A stretch of 62,989 bases of DNA, the filler included, from Platydemus manokwari (Eukaryota): NCBI GenBank assembly GCA_037951405.1. It is 5 parts of 5 records of this genome, joined end to end, with 100 filler letters (N's around TTAATTAATTAA, not from the genome) between each part and the next. Parts side by side here need not be neighbours in the genome. Positions count along the whole stretch, not along the records: positions 1 to 12,896 come from JBBMOY011919162.1; 4 more parts are not named here. The stretch is one strand, 5' to 3'. Made by a program: the position numbers and the translations under genes. Below, piece after piece: positions 1 through 12,896 of this stretch (position 1 is the first letter of the stretch; each line of letters starts with the position of its first letter). Below the pieces are notes generated by a model. The model did not search any database. It worked only from the letters and a program-made list of their open reading frames with translations, and was not told the origin of the DNA.

Positions 1-2229
1 TCATTGTAATATAAAGTAAGAAATCTAAGCACATTTTCATTTTTTTCAATTGCTTCTTTTATTTTTAAATGCCTTATCTGTATATCAGTGAGTAAATCTA
101 GAATCGCTAAATTTTTTATTATCATTTTTAATCAGTTTAACTACCGTTTTTCTGTTATGTAACTGAATTTAACTAAATCATTTAATAAATTTATCAATAA
201 TAGTTAATTTCCATGTCTTAATTTCTCTAACTATTTTTGGAAGATTTAACAAAATCGATGATTTGAAAATAATCTGCATTGTTTACGTTGTCGATTCATT
301 CCGTTTTTGTATTTTCATACAGTATCTTTTACAGTTCGATATATATTTTATATAAAAGTTTTTTTCTTGCACATATTCTGGCACTTTTTGGGTGTGCATA
401 TGTCAAAATCATTATTATGAAATTATAAAATTAATCCATTTTAAATAATATTTTAAGTTTCTTCGCAGTTTAATTGTCATTTCGATTTCACGATTTATAC
501 GCAAATGCTTAATAAATTTCCTTCATTTAATTCTCACAATTGTCAAAAAATTGTTTGGTGGTAAATCAGTTTCTTATAAGGTATCTTCAAAAACTGAAAT
601 GATCCAATTAAAATATCGATGGTGAATAATGTCAGTCTGCTCTAATTGGTAAATTTGTATTAATTTAATATATTTTTAAAATTATAAAATATGAAAAACA
701 TAATCCACTTATCAGTATAGAAATATAAAACAAAAAAGACGGATGAGTGGACAATAGATCCAAAGATCGCTTGTCAGGTAAATTAACCTTTTACTAGGTA
801 ATTAGAAGTCTTAGGTGCCTACGTAATAGCTCAATTAAAACAAAAAAATTAACTATTTCACAGTTCTGATCTAAAAAAATAAATGGAAGTATGATACTTA
901 ATACAAAAATTTATTACCGTAAAACAGATAAAATATTTTATAAAGAAAATTTGTTAACGTTTCTGACCCATATAATAAATAAAAGATTTTATAAAAAAAT
1001 TCTAATCGATTAATAAAGCGTATGTTGTTTTGGTTCACACTGTGAGTCTGAACCGTAGATTAATATGAATACCAAGGGAAAGTAATCAATCTCTCCATTT
1101 GATTCACACCTAGAAAATATGTAAGCGTTATGATATTTATTTGCTTGCAACTAGTGTGGTTGTAAGATAGTGGGGTAGTGTATTCTATTGTATAGTGCAA
1201 CTAATGTGGTTGTGTTTGTAAATTAAAGTAGCTTTGCTTGTTATGGAGTATTGTTATACAGTCAGAAGAAGTTTCTGCACTGGTAGATCAACAGAAGTGA
1301 AGGGACATATTCCTGGTTTATTAACTTTTAACCGATAATAAATATAAAATATAAATAAAAAAATTTAAACAAAAGGATTGTTTTTTTTTTTATCAGTGAG
1401 AACCTTTTATATACTGAGGAGTCAGATAAGAATAATTAGAACCAATTAAGTTTGAATTATTACGAAATTGGACAATATTATTTATTCATAAATATCCATA
1501 AAATCCAAACAGTATCAATATTTTTAATTATTTTTAAGGCGTATTACTATCAAAATATTGCATCCGGTAATTAGATATTATCATATATATTCTGGTTTCT
1601 TCTACCTAGTTGGATTTAAAAAAAATGAAAATCTCAATACTTTCCGATAATTTACTATCTGCAATTGGGGATTCTGAATAATAAACATCTAAGATGTATT
1701 TCAATTGGTTAATAGTTTTAATAAGATATTACTGATTATGATATAGTTAAAATATATGTATAATCGTTATGAGAGTTTACTGATTGAACCTTTGCTTTTT
1801 CCAACAGGTAATCCACCAGAATACCTGTTGGTAGTCCTTATATTTCTTAGTATCGGACAAGACCTCAAATTCATCATTGGTTGATTCGAATCCACAGCCA
1901 TTTTACTCACATTCACTATCACTTACCACTTGGAACTTATAAGTAGTTTTTGCTTTCATAGTTAGCATTGGCCTCACAATATCTATAATAGATGTCATAA
2001 ATATTTTATTGATTGTGGCCCTAGTATGTTTGTGTATAAGAAGGATTGAGTGTTAGTATTTTGAGTTCGATGATGTTATGATGTAAATGTGTTAGTCGTC
2101 TATAATGATTGGATTTGCCTAATCCCCAAAATTATAATTTATTTAATGCTCACTGAATAAAGATTTCGAAAGTAGTCAAGTTTTATAACACTGATAACGG
2201 GTTATAAAATACAATATCTTTTAAATTTG

Positions 2230-3107
2230 TATTCATTTAAAGAGGGTATCAAAAGATTTTATTAATTATTCTGGTAAAGTTACAAAAAAATAAAAATCTC
2301 TATTTTTCAATTTTAATTTTCGCACAAATTGAATCCCTTATATTTGTTTAAATTAAAATGAATGATTTATTGTATCATGAATTTTATTATATAATCTAGT
2401 GTCTTTGTTTTTAAATAGTTTTACAGATTGAAAAATTGTGGTAATCGCACAAAAATAATCACACTTATTTTTGCGACTATAATTATTACTTGCTATTATC
2501 CCCTAGAAACTACTTCAAATAAAAGATTTAGCAAACCGTTGGTTATCGAATATTTTAAAGTGTATCCTTCACCGATATGATATTGAAAAGCAACCTCTTT
2601 TAATTGATTTAATATAATCTATGATTTTTTTGGAAGAATGAGCAGAAAATATCTATAGAAATGTTAGTAGTATAACTATTTTCCTCATTTCGTTGTTTCT
2701 GACACCCTTTATAATCCAGTTCTCACTAAGGTAATTAAAAGCTCTTCAGTATTATTTTAAATAAATATATAACCAATATAAATATATAACCCTTTTACAA
2801 TAATTATCAGTTGTTTAAGAATAAAATAGCATTTTAGGTTCATCTGGTTCAATTTGGGCTTATTGTTGATTTTTAGATGTACGCTAATTTGATTAAAAAT
2901 TCTATTGGCATGACAAAGCTTAAAAGAAACAGATCATATATTTATAATAAAAACAATAAAATAATTTAAAAATTATGCGATTATCAATTAATTTATTTCC
3001 CCCGATTCACCTTTCTTATTGCTATTTTCTTAATTTATCATTTCTCATTAATCAGCCCATTTATTTATACTTCATTAATATTACTATTATTTACTATTTT
3101 CTCCACA
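2230..3107 (-). mobile_element. Degenerate LTR-like unit
   Basis: The minus strand starts TGTGGAGAAAATAG like the other units and has a TATAAA near 2710. The left boundary is a guess. Confidence 0.3.
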
Positions 3108-6100
3108 TTTAATCAATATCGCTGTTCTGTTTATTTTGAATTGGTTTCTGTTACTGAGATGGCTTAATCTGATAACAAAGCTGATGATACTAAGGTTGAC
3201 TTTGTTGTTCTGTTTAGCTCAACTAAAGACGCAACCATGTTTTTAGAAGGAAATTAACATATTCATTTGTAAATTTCGGTAATTGATTGTTGGATATTTG
3301 ATAGGATATTTGAGTATAAAACTAAATAAAAATATTGAATTTTGATATGATACGTAAATTTTTAATTCAAGTAAATTCAAGCAAGTGGGATCCATAGAGT
3401 TTGCTTATACAAAAAAACGACGTGTTGGTTCTTGAATGAATAATGTCCTGCTAGAAATAAATCAACCGAAATAAATAATACTGAGCAAAAATGCTGCAGA
3501 CATTAATGTTTATTTTTAAAAGCACCAAACTAGAAGAAATTCCAATTTTTCAAGAAAAGCTACCGATTTGTTGATCTCGTTCCCGAATTGGAAAGAAAAA
3601 GCTCTTGTAAAAATCAATAGGAAATGAGGGATGTAGAGCTGGGTGTCCAAATTTTGGATTTATCAAGTTTCTAATAAGATAAAAATTTTGCAATTTTTTA
3701 TGTTTTGCCAATATTTGTATATATTTTATGTATAGTTAATAAGTTAATTATATTAATTAAATCCCGTCGGGATTGTTTTACTAGACGCTCTGTTGGAATT
3801 TTGAGGTTATAGCAATGTGTTAAAATTTATTTCTTATCGGAATTTTTGGACTTTTTGGGTGCTTGATGGTAATATTAGATAAAATATATATAAAAATATT
3901 TTGAGATCAAATTTCATTAGTTCATCATCTAATAGATTGGATTCTCGCACATAGGATACGAAAATGAGAATTAGTTTTAGCAAAAATGTGAATCTAATCT
4001 TGTATTTTACAAAGAATAAGATAATTACTTATCTGACAACATTAATGCTTTTAAATTTATTTATTATCAGTATTTTTGAATTTTTTCGGTACGTGTTAGT
4101 AATTTTGGAAACAACATAGTCATCCTGGAATTTGGTTTATTTGATTTATTGCTCGCTAATTTGTTTACAGCAGCTATATAGGAACGAGTATTTTTAAAAA
4201 TCTCTTCAATCCTGCGCGTCTCCTTTATACGAGACACTATCAAGGCATATACATAGGAAACATCGAAATGGTGATTATTTTATTTTATTAATTTTTTAAA
4301 AAACCTTACATACTTTATGAAATCAGATAATTTTCATAGATATTAACGTTACTGAATTATGACCTATATTTTTTGTTTTACGAGCGTGGTGATTTTACCA
4401 ATAATAGCATAATTGTCTTTTGGCGATCTCCTTAGTCAATATGAATAGTAATAACTTTTTCAATGAATCTGCTAGAAGTTATTTTGTGTATACTGATTTT
4501 ACCTTAATTACTCTCCTATAGTTCCAAAGACTTAAAAAAAGCAATAAAAGAAAATAGCGAATATTTTCGAGTATAATTCATATTTTATTTCAAAAGTGTT
4601 CCTTTTCAACCTACAAGCCTCAATCTACAAGATTGTTAATTTCTCAAAAATTTTTGAAATTGGTAAAAATCATTTATAAAGTTTAATAATAATCAATAAT
4701 TTTATAAAAGTGAAGTAGGGTTGTTAATGAAGTAACAATTGTTCATTAAACAAACTGAGGATTGTTAAGTGTCAAATAATTTAATCCCGGAATTTATTTA
4801 TCAAATAAACAAGAAATAAAATCATTAATTATGTTGTTTAGTTAAAGACTGAGTTTCCAATTTTTATTTGAGATCACCAATATTTCGGCTTTATGTCTTC
4901 TCTATTGGATTATCTGAATTGACTTGATAATTTGAAATCAATCTTTAATTTTGCTGAATTAAAATAGTTCTAATAATTTTTTAAAATCCAAAGTATTGTG
5001 ATGATCAAAATTACCAAAATTAGCATTAGACAAATTTTTTAAAGTATGTGTATGACAATTAATAATAAAATGATAAAATAAAAATGATAAAAACAAGCTT
5101 TATTTATTGTTTATAACACTCACATTCAGTCGGGTAGTAATCAACATGATCAAAGTCAAATTACAACATGAAAGGTGTTCCGCATTCGAAAGAATTATAA
5201 AAAACTGACAAAAATAGTTGGAGTAAAATTGGCCCAGATTCAGTTCGTTTTATATTCCAAAATCTTAATGATTGATTATAGTGAGACAATTTAAATTTCT
5301 ATTTATTTTTAATACTCTAAATCACAACTCAAAGGTTTTGAATAGTAACTTCTTAGTTTCCCTTTCTCCTTGATGTATTTGGGTGTTTGTTCCTTTTGTA
5401 TCTGTGTATCGATCAATGATGTGGATTCAAATAGCACCACCAGTTTCGAATTTTTTAAGCTTAGATTTGTCTTACTTGTCTGTATTACTTTGGTTAAAGT
5501 TACTCCGGCTAGTTCATCACATTGTCTACGTATAAATGTAAAATGTGAAATTTTTATTGTTTAGTTTGATAATAAATAAATTAAATTAATAGGTAAACCC
5601 AGAATATAATAAATTGATATAGGTGATATTAGCTATGAATTATAAATGTGCATTGAACGGGAAAGTATGGAAACCATATGTTAATTTATTATTATTATTA
5701 ATAAATAACTCGATTAATTGAATAATTTGTAATTATATAATAATTGTATAATTAAGCATCAAAAACAACTAATTATCAAATGTCAAATCACAAATAGGCT
5801 CAATATCTCAAAACGAATACATTAAAGGTTACCGACCATAAAAGACTGACAATTTCTGCTAAGAGTTCACTTGTTTCCTAGTCTTAGTTTTGTGTTTTAG
5901 TCAATTCCTTGTATATTGATTTTCATTCGTTCAAGATTTCTAAGTCCTGCTTGAGGGTTTTAATTGGAATTTTCTTCACTTTTGTTTGCCCATCTGATAG
6001 TTCGTTCTTTTCTGTTGGCTTGTCTCGAATTAAAGCTGAAGTTCAATCAGTGTTGGTTTAGTAGTCTTTGATTAATTACTGGAATAGTGTGTATTGCCTG

Positions 6101-6900
6101 TCGGTGTGCATAGCAGTTTAAGATCTTATTTCATGGTCTTAGAACATAATTTCGTCACATGTAAACATTTAAGATTGCATTATAGTACAAGTAGGAGCTA
6201 AGTAACAAATAAGAACATTATAATTACAAAATTATTAACTCACTCGAAGACAATTTTATGAAGTATAATTTATCAAAATCGTTGCCACAAGCGATCATAA
6301 ACTCAATATCGATCAATAAGACTAAGAAGAATGATCACCAAAATATAAGGGTATCACTTCAAAAAGATTATTATAAGTTGTTTTGTGTGTCTGATTGGTG
6401 TTTAGAGCTCTGCTTTTCATTTGTTAGAACGGTTTGAAGACTAACCTATTGATAAATTTCCTTCTATTTCTCATGTCATTGGTTTATTTTGTTTTGCGCT
6501 GCTTATGTGTATATCCATCTATTGAAAATCGAAATCCAATAACTGATTTCTAATTGAAGAGCTATGATTGGATTGGTGAGTGTTATCTGTATATCTCATT
6601 CCAAGGTTTTTGATCGTGATTTTTGAGTAATTTCTGACACACTGCACAAAATCAAAAATAATTTCCAAAAATACAGTGACAGTAACCATATATATAAATA
6701 AGGAATAAAAATAACACATGTTCTGAATTAAATAATGTAGAAACGTTATTGACAGAAATAGAAAATTAAAATTAGGATATTCAATGTTGTTTTAAATATA
6801 AATCAATAAAATATTTAATAGAGGTAATGAAATTGAGGTAATTATTAAAAATTCGTGGTAACTATGGTAAAAGTGTGAATGTTTAGTTATTAATAATTTA

Positions 6901-8016
6901 TGTACCAGATACATCCAAATGACGAAGCCAGGGAATTTGTTTAAAAGGACCAAATAGTCTTATTAAATAAATTTTTATTTTTATGGTTAAATGTTTTGGT
7001 TCGCAGGGGCTTCAGTAACTGGTATGAACACCGAATTACTAGAAAAATAGTTAATTTAATAAGAGGAATTGATGCTGCTCTGGGCCTGAAATGATTGAAT
7101 TGTGAATGAATGTCTAAGGTTAGCGCAAACAATAATATCCCAGATTTAAGCCTTAATAATATTTTCTGCTGGGTCACAGTGCACCTTTCCGGGTTATTGA
7201 CATCGAACTTTTAATCGAAGTTACGAGTTTGTATTAATTATCAAGAAGTCCCACTCGATGCAATAAATAATATTTATTTAAGAAAAAATGCAAAAATAAC
7301 AATCAGTATAAATGAACGCAAAGAAATAAGTCAAATAGCTAGTATATTGCCTAAGCAATTAACCGACGAATTCGTAAGACGGACGAAGCAGAGTTTTAGT
7401 GAAAAGTATTAGTGAAATTATCGACATAATGGTTACTTTAGTTAAATGATGTAATTAAATTATGTTTACCGATTAAATTATAATCTATGAATGATAAAAG
7501 CAAAGTGAAAATAGACAACTCTTACTCTTAAGTTGTGCGGAAATAACAGGGCCAGTGAACTCTCGTAACTCGCTCCTTCTGTAAGACTAGATAGAATAGT
7601 TCCAAGTTTCGTCGAAGATTATCGATTGTCATGAATGTCTAATGTAAATCCAGTCAGATTAATGTGCTAAGATTACTCTCGGTTAGTTTTAGTGGTGGTT
7701 TGGCTGAATCTCATCACAGTATTTATAGGTGCTTGCGTCCTTACGCCCATGTCTACGTGATTTGTCGCCACTTATTATTCAGCTAATTATGACAGTTATT
7801 TCATTGTTCCCAATAACCTTGTATATTTATTTATTTTAACTTATTTCTGACATTTGCAATTTTTTAAGCTAATAATTAATAACCTTTTATTTTAACCATG
7901 TGCATTTCTTGATGTCTGATATTTACAATTTGTTAATCGCCTCCTTTTATATATCCTTTATTGATTAATTATTTCCTAACTTAATAATTTCTCAGTGTCG
8001 ATAATCATCTCCCACA
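6901..8016 (-). mobile_element. LTR-like unit (~1.1 kb, probable solo LTR)
   Basis: On the - strand it starts TGTGGGAGA and ends GGTACA, and contains TATAAATA. It shares blocks (GGGGCTTCA..AACTGGTAT, CTCTGGGCCTGAAAT, ACAACTCTTAC) in the same order with 11558-12896. Flanks TTTA/TTTG are an imperfect 4-bp TSD. Confidence 0.6.
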
Positions 8017-9517
8017 TTTGCTTCCTTTACTCTGCTTTATACAAACAGAATACATTATTAAAATATAATCAAATACGACAATTTCATAGATTAATGATTA
8101 TATAGTGAAATGACTAAAGTCACATTAAAAGGCTACATCACAAAATTTACACAAAATCATAATTATTGTCAAAGTGGCTATACACAAAAGGCTCAATATC
8201 ATTGTTATATTGTTATTTGTTAGAATGATCACCATGGAATTTTTGTTTCGTGTTGAGTATTGATGTCTTGATCGACGCAGATGTCATTTTTTGCTCGGAT
8301 TTTTTTTGCTTGGATATCCATAATCAAGGCGTTGTTTATCTTATTGGATTGGTGTTTGCATTGTCTCTGTACAAAACTAAGATTGATGATGTTTAATGAG
8401 TATATACACGGGGTTTTGTAATTCTAAGTAACTATTGCACTGGTAATTCTAGGTAACTATGCGCTGGAACTGGATATAATTATAGAGCACGTTTTTTGCT
8501 GGAAAATCGTAATGTATTTCGTAGTAGCGGGTACTCTCAATAGTCTTGTTTGCCATTTTACAAAATGCAAAAAGGTGTTTAGTTCTTTTGTAATAGCATT
8601 TTTTACTGCCTCGCCGCTACAGAATTTATGTAATAAGTAATATTCCTTTGAAAAATCATCTTTATCGATAACAATAGTAGTATCAGCGATAATAATGATA
8701 ATATAGCCGATACGTACGAATAACAATAAAGGTAAAATATTTTCTTCAATTAATATCCATAGTATTTATAGTTTCAATAATTTATTTTCCACGAGACAGA
8801 ATTTTTCTTGTATATCGCTTAAGTGCTACCACGTAATATGAATCGTAATCGACTAAATTTTTGAACATTCTTCATTTAATTTCTTGTGGATGTTTTTCGA
8901 TGCTTATTAAGTGCTTATTTAGGACGTTTATTGTGATGTTATTAGGCCTATTTATCCTGTTTCTTCCTCTTTGTTTGCTTTGTTTCTATTTTTATATTTA
9001 ATTTGTTCTAATTATATTACTTTGTATTTCATGTTACTATTTTTAGTTATTATTTTGTCATCCTATTTCTGTATTTCATTATGTCTAAATTTTGGTTTAT
9101 TTTTGAATATTTTCTAAAAATTTTTTAATATTAATTATTATTTCTATTTGTGGCGGGGTCTGGTACGAAACAGTATAAATTGTAAATGTTTTTACATTAA
9201 CCAAATGATACAGGATTGGCTGATCTTCCAGCGATGTACTGGACATAAAGGCTTAGTTTGAATAATTTACGTTGCTGCGGATGTCATAACTTTGGTTAGA
9301 ACTTCATTGATTTTATAAGTCTCTTATGGGCTTGCTTGTAAGAGTACTCAATAGATTTTATCGGTGCTGTAGCCACTACTATAAGACCGCTCTTTGATTT
9401 TAAAATTTTAGTTTTTATGTAGATTTTAGTTGAATTGGATTCAGACTAAAATAATAGCTTTGAAATGATAGATAATAGTATGACCTTTAAGAAATAATTT
9501 CAACGTTAGGAAATAAC

Positions 9518-10437
9518 TTACACTTTTGAAATTAGATTAAGTTTTATGAATAATAAAATTACTTGAAATGGATTAATGATTGTAATATATATTTCAAGAT
9601 ATATTGATATTGCTTTTAATTTTCTTTTCATGTCATATCCGACTAGGATTTTCCCTCTGGTCATTTCTATTACCTTCCTGCTCGCATCCTCTGCATCCAT
9701 CGTTCCTTTGATTACTGCTTCTGATGTGTAATTTTTTATTTTCTTGATAGTGTTTGATTTCTGATCTTGGGCAACATATCTGATTGAAGGTATCTTCCCT
9801 TTTAGAATTTTTGAGGGCTATCTACACTGGGTATTCTTTGTTGTTGAAATCGATGGCATATTTCACATTGATAAAGATGGTCAATTCTCCTTCTTCTTGT
9901 TGGCTCATTGAAATAATATTCCTTATAAAGGACATTTCATTTTTTGGCTGCATGAAAGGCAAATCATGAAGAGGAAATATTTGGGGCTCTCGGAATTCTA
10001 CTGGATCCAAATAGTTAGATTCTACCAGTTCAATCATCAAAGTGTAAGGAATAGATTTGGATTTTATCCTTATCTGGGAGAATTCGTTTCTTCTCGGCTG
10101 TCAGATAAATTGAAATTGATGAATGTGCTTCCAATTCAACTTTCTCCCTGGGAAATTCTACGATATTTTCTGTTTGGGCATTGTGAATCTTCAATTCTTC
10201 TGGGGCATATTGTAGTATTGGTAAGATATCTTTAATCTTGAATCCTCCTTGTTCTTGTGAGTGAAGTATTATCACTGCTCTCCTTAATTGAGACGCTGTT
10301 TTTAGATTATTTGAAATATGGGTCTCATCCGAGAATATTCTTCTTCCGATACCAAAGGGTGCTTTTCTAACCGCCGATCGAATGGCAGTATAGAATCTTC
10401 TTGGAAAAAATTGTATAATGCTTGTTACAGGTTCCAT
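9518..10437 (-). pseudogene. Decayed gene with C-terminal DEDDh (REX4/ISG20-like) 3'-5' exonuclease domain
   Basis: Joining three frames gives MEPVTS... TIFINVKYA..YPV*IALKN..FNQICCPRSEIKHY..(fs)..EDASRKVIEMTRGKILVGYDM...LKAI. This matches the ExoI (IDxE) and ExoII (GKILVGH.L..DL.AL) spacing. Confidence 0.6.
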
Positions 10438-10989
10438 TATTTCTACTAGGATGTTAAACATTAAACTAAAATAAATGGAAAGGTATCGAGAATTTTTGTT
10501 CAATAATTTATGACTATTGTCAACTGAGGGTCGTTTTTATATGATTTTAGCGCTCGATTTTGATTGGCTAAATTTGTATGGACAATTTTCTCATTGGGTA
10601 GAATTTTTTTGATAATTTTCTTATTGGTTAATTCATGTTTTCCAAATATTTTATTTGTTAGGGATTTTTCAAAAATTTTATTTACAGTTATCATTATTTC
10701 GAGCCTTATTTTATATTTACAGAATTTAAATAGCGCATACATATCTTGAAATAAAAGATTATTTTTATATTTACACAAACTTAAACTATTGAATACTATT
10801 TCATACACCGAATTCTGATATTTACATAAATTAATTTTGCTTAATTCCTTTAAATAAATATTAGATTCAGTATAATTGCTTTTTATATACATATTGATTT
10901 TGTGTTCCCATTGATATTTACAAAATTTGATTAAAACTAAATAATTAAAAAAATTTACAACTAAAGCTTCCTATATACAAGTTGATTTC

Positions 10990-11500
10990 TCATACACGAG
11001 GGTTGTCCTTACAATATTTTCTATACAGCTTATAACTTATGTACATTACCATTATGGTGGTAAAGCTGGAAATTACTACTCCAATTAGCATCATATTTAG
11101 GGTGATTTCATTTTGGGGTTCTCTACTACTCAAAAGGATCGTTTTTGTATCAGTTGATGTTCTTGTGATTTTTGTCGTTATTTTATCAATGGATGATTTC
11201 GTTGTTTTTCTTTTTACAAAGGGTTCTAATGTTATTTGTTCTCGATGAATTATGAACTTGGAGTTACTTTTCTCTTAATACCAGAAATATATATTTACAG
11301 GGTTTTTAATATTAACACTTCGGGTGATGATTCCTTCCACGGAGCTTATTTTATACCGATGTTCGTTTAAATGCACTCTTACTTCAAAGTATTTTAGATT
11401 TTTCAAAATGATTTTAATTTGATCTAGCATTTTTTCAATAAATATTTTTTGGGTAGCTCGGAGGTTTGTGCTATCATTGTTGTAATATCATTTTCCTTTC
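10990..11500 (-). pseudogene. Decayed single-pass membrane protein
   Basis: One frame with a single internal stop: ectodomain, Thr/Ser-rich stalk (KTTKSSIDKITTKITRTSTDTKT), hydrophobic LNMMLIGVVISSFTTIMVMYISY, and basic stop-transfer KLYRK. Confidence 0.5.
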
Positions 11501-11557
11501 TTATTTCTAGCTGATAGATTATTCCACAATTCAAATTATATATGTTTACTGCTCCAT

Positions 11558-12896
11558 TGTTGCTATTCTGGTTTAATTTAAATGAAGTTCTCGTTTCGTT
11601 TAGCGGTTTGTTATAAACCGTAATTGGGCGCTATTTAATATAATTTGACTGGTCCTAAAGGGGCTTCAACAACTGGTATTGAAGACCAAGCTGTTGGAAA
11701 ATAAATTTAATATATTGATTTCGAACTGTAGCACAGAGAATGCGAAGTCTCTGGGCCTGAAATAATATGAGATTTAAAACGCTATTTGTAGTCAAGTCAA
11801 TATATGAAGTTTATGATAGATTGATAATGCAATAAATCGGCTACCCCTGGTGGCTTTAAAATTATTAAGTAATTATTGATACGATATAATGATAGCGCAA
11901 GACTGGGGTTTTCAAAACGTTTTTTAAGAAAAGTGAATATAACAATTAGTATGAAAAAACAAAAACAAAAGTTTAGCAAAATATCTCGTACCTCGCCTCA
12001 GCGATTAACGAGTAATCCGGTTAACGGACGGAGATATTATTGACACGGAGAGATTAATAATATATTTTATAAAATTAATAAACTTATTTATTATAATGAC
12101 ATCAATAACGCTGCTTATTAAGTAAATTATTAACATAAATGAATGTGATTAAAGAATGAATGAAATCGAAAGAACAACTCTTACCGCTGCTGAGAAAATT
12201 ATCCTGTAAAAAATCCAATCCGTGCAAGTTCCAAGCTGTTAGTTAAAACACTATTGCTTCGTCGGTGTAGGCAGATATTTTTCTTGTAAAAAGTTTCAAG
12301 CTGTGAGTTAAAACAATATTGCTTCGTCAGTGTAGGCAGATTTTCTTGTCGTAAATTCTTCTGTAAAAATAATTAAATACTATCGCTAATGTACAAAGCC
12401 AACTTGAAATCTCCGTAGACTATGCAAAACTAACTGTCTGTTGTAGTGGTTGTGATCTTATGACCAACGCCGCTATTTATATGCGTTGGCCATGTCCACT
12501 CCCTCACACGGCTCTTCATGCCGATTTTTCTCATCCATTTTTACTATTTTTTTCACACGCTTTGGAATCGTGTTTCGAATGAATAACTAATGACTTTATC
12601 TTATTATTTACTTTTATTATCTGTTGTAATCAACTTCCTGATATTAGCCTTTCCTTTCTTTAACTTTTCCTAATTTATTATATTTATTATTATTCTTACT
12701 ATCTTCCTTGTTATTATTTATTATCGTTTTTGCATCGCTTTTGTTATTAATTTATTAATTATTTTACCCGATATTTTTTATTGTCCGTTTGCTTATATTA
12801 TTTATTATTTATTTAATTATATTAGGTGTATTAGTATGATTCCGGCTTTTTTTTTAAAAAACAAAAACATTTTTTAAAATATTTATTTAATGAAAT
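11558..12896 (-). mobile_element. LTR-like unit, related to 6901-8016, 5' end not seen before the gap
   Basis: Same ordered conserved blocks and a minus-strand TATAAATA near 12475-12482. The minus-strand end is CAACA at 11558. Contains an internal 65 bp tandem duplication. Confidence 0.55.
12226..12349. repeat. 65 bp tandem duplication
   Basis: AAGTT(C/T)CAAGCTGT(T/G)AGTTAAAACA(C/A)TATTGCTTCGTC(G/A)GTGTAGGCAGAT occurs at 12226 and 12291. Confidence 0.9.

Noticed and set aside
5100-5260. BIR-like zinc-binding domain (FECGTP...HVDYYPTEC)
   Set aside because: Cys/His spacing is only loosely similar and requires frameshifts; not supportable.
10500-10892. 130 aa Lys/Asn/Ile-rich ORF
   Set aside because: Low-complexity AT-rich spacer with no recognisable motif; likely a chance ORF.
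11545-11557. Primer-binding site (minus strand TGGAGCAG) after the LTR-like end
   Set aside because: It resembles the initiator-Met PBS only over ~8 nt and needs a deletion; too short to call.
12226-12349. CRISPR-like repeat
   Set aside because: Only two abutting 65 bp copies with no unique spacers and no cas genes; eukaryotic context.
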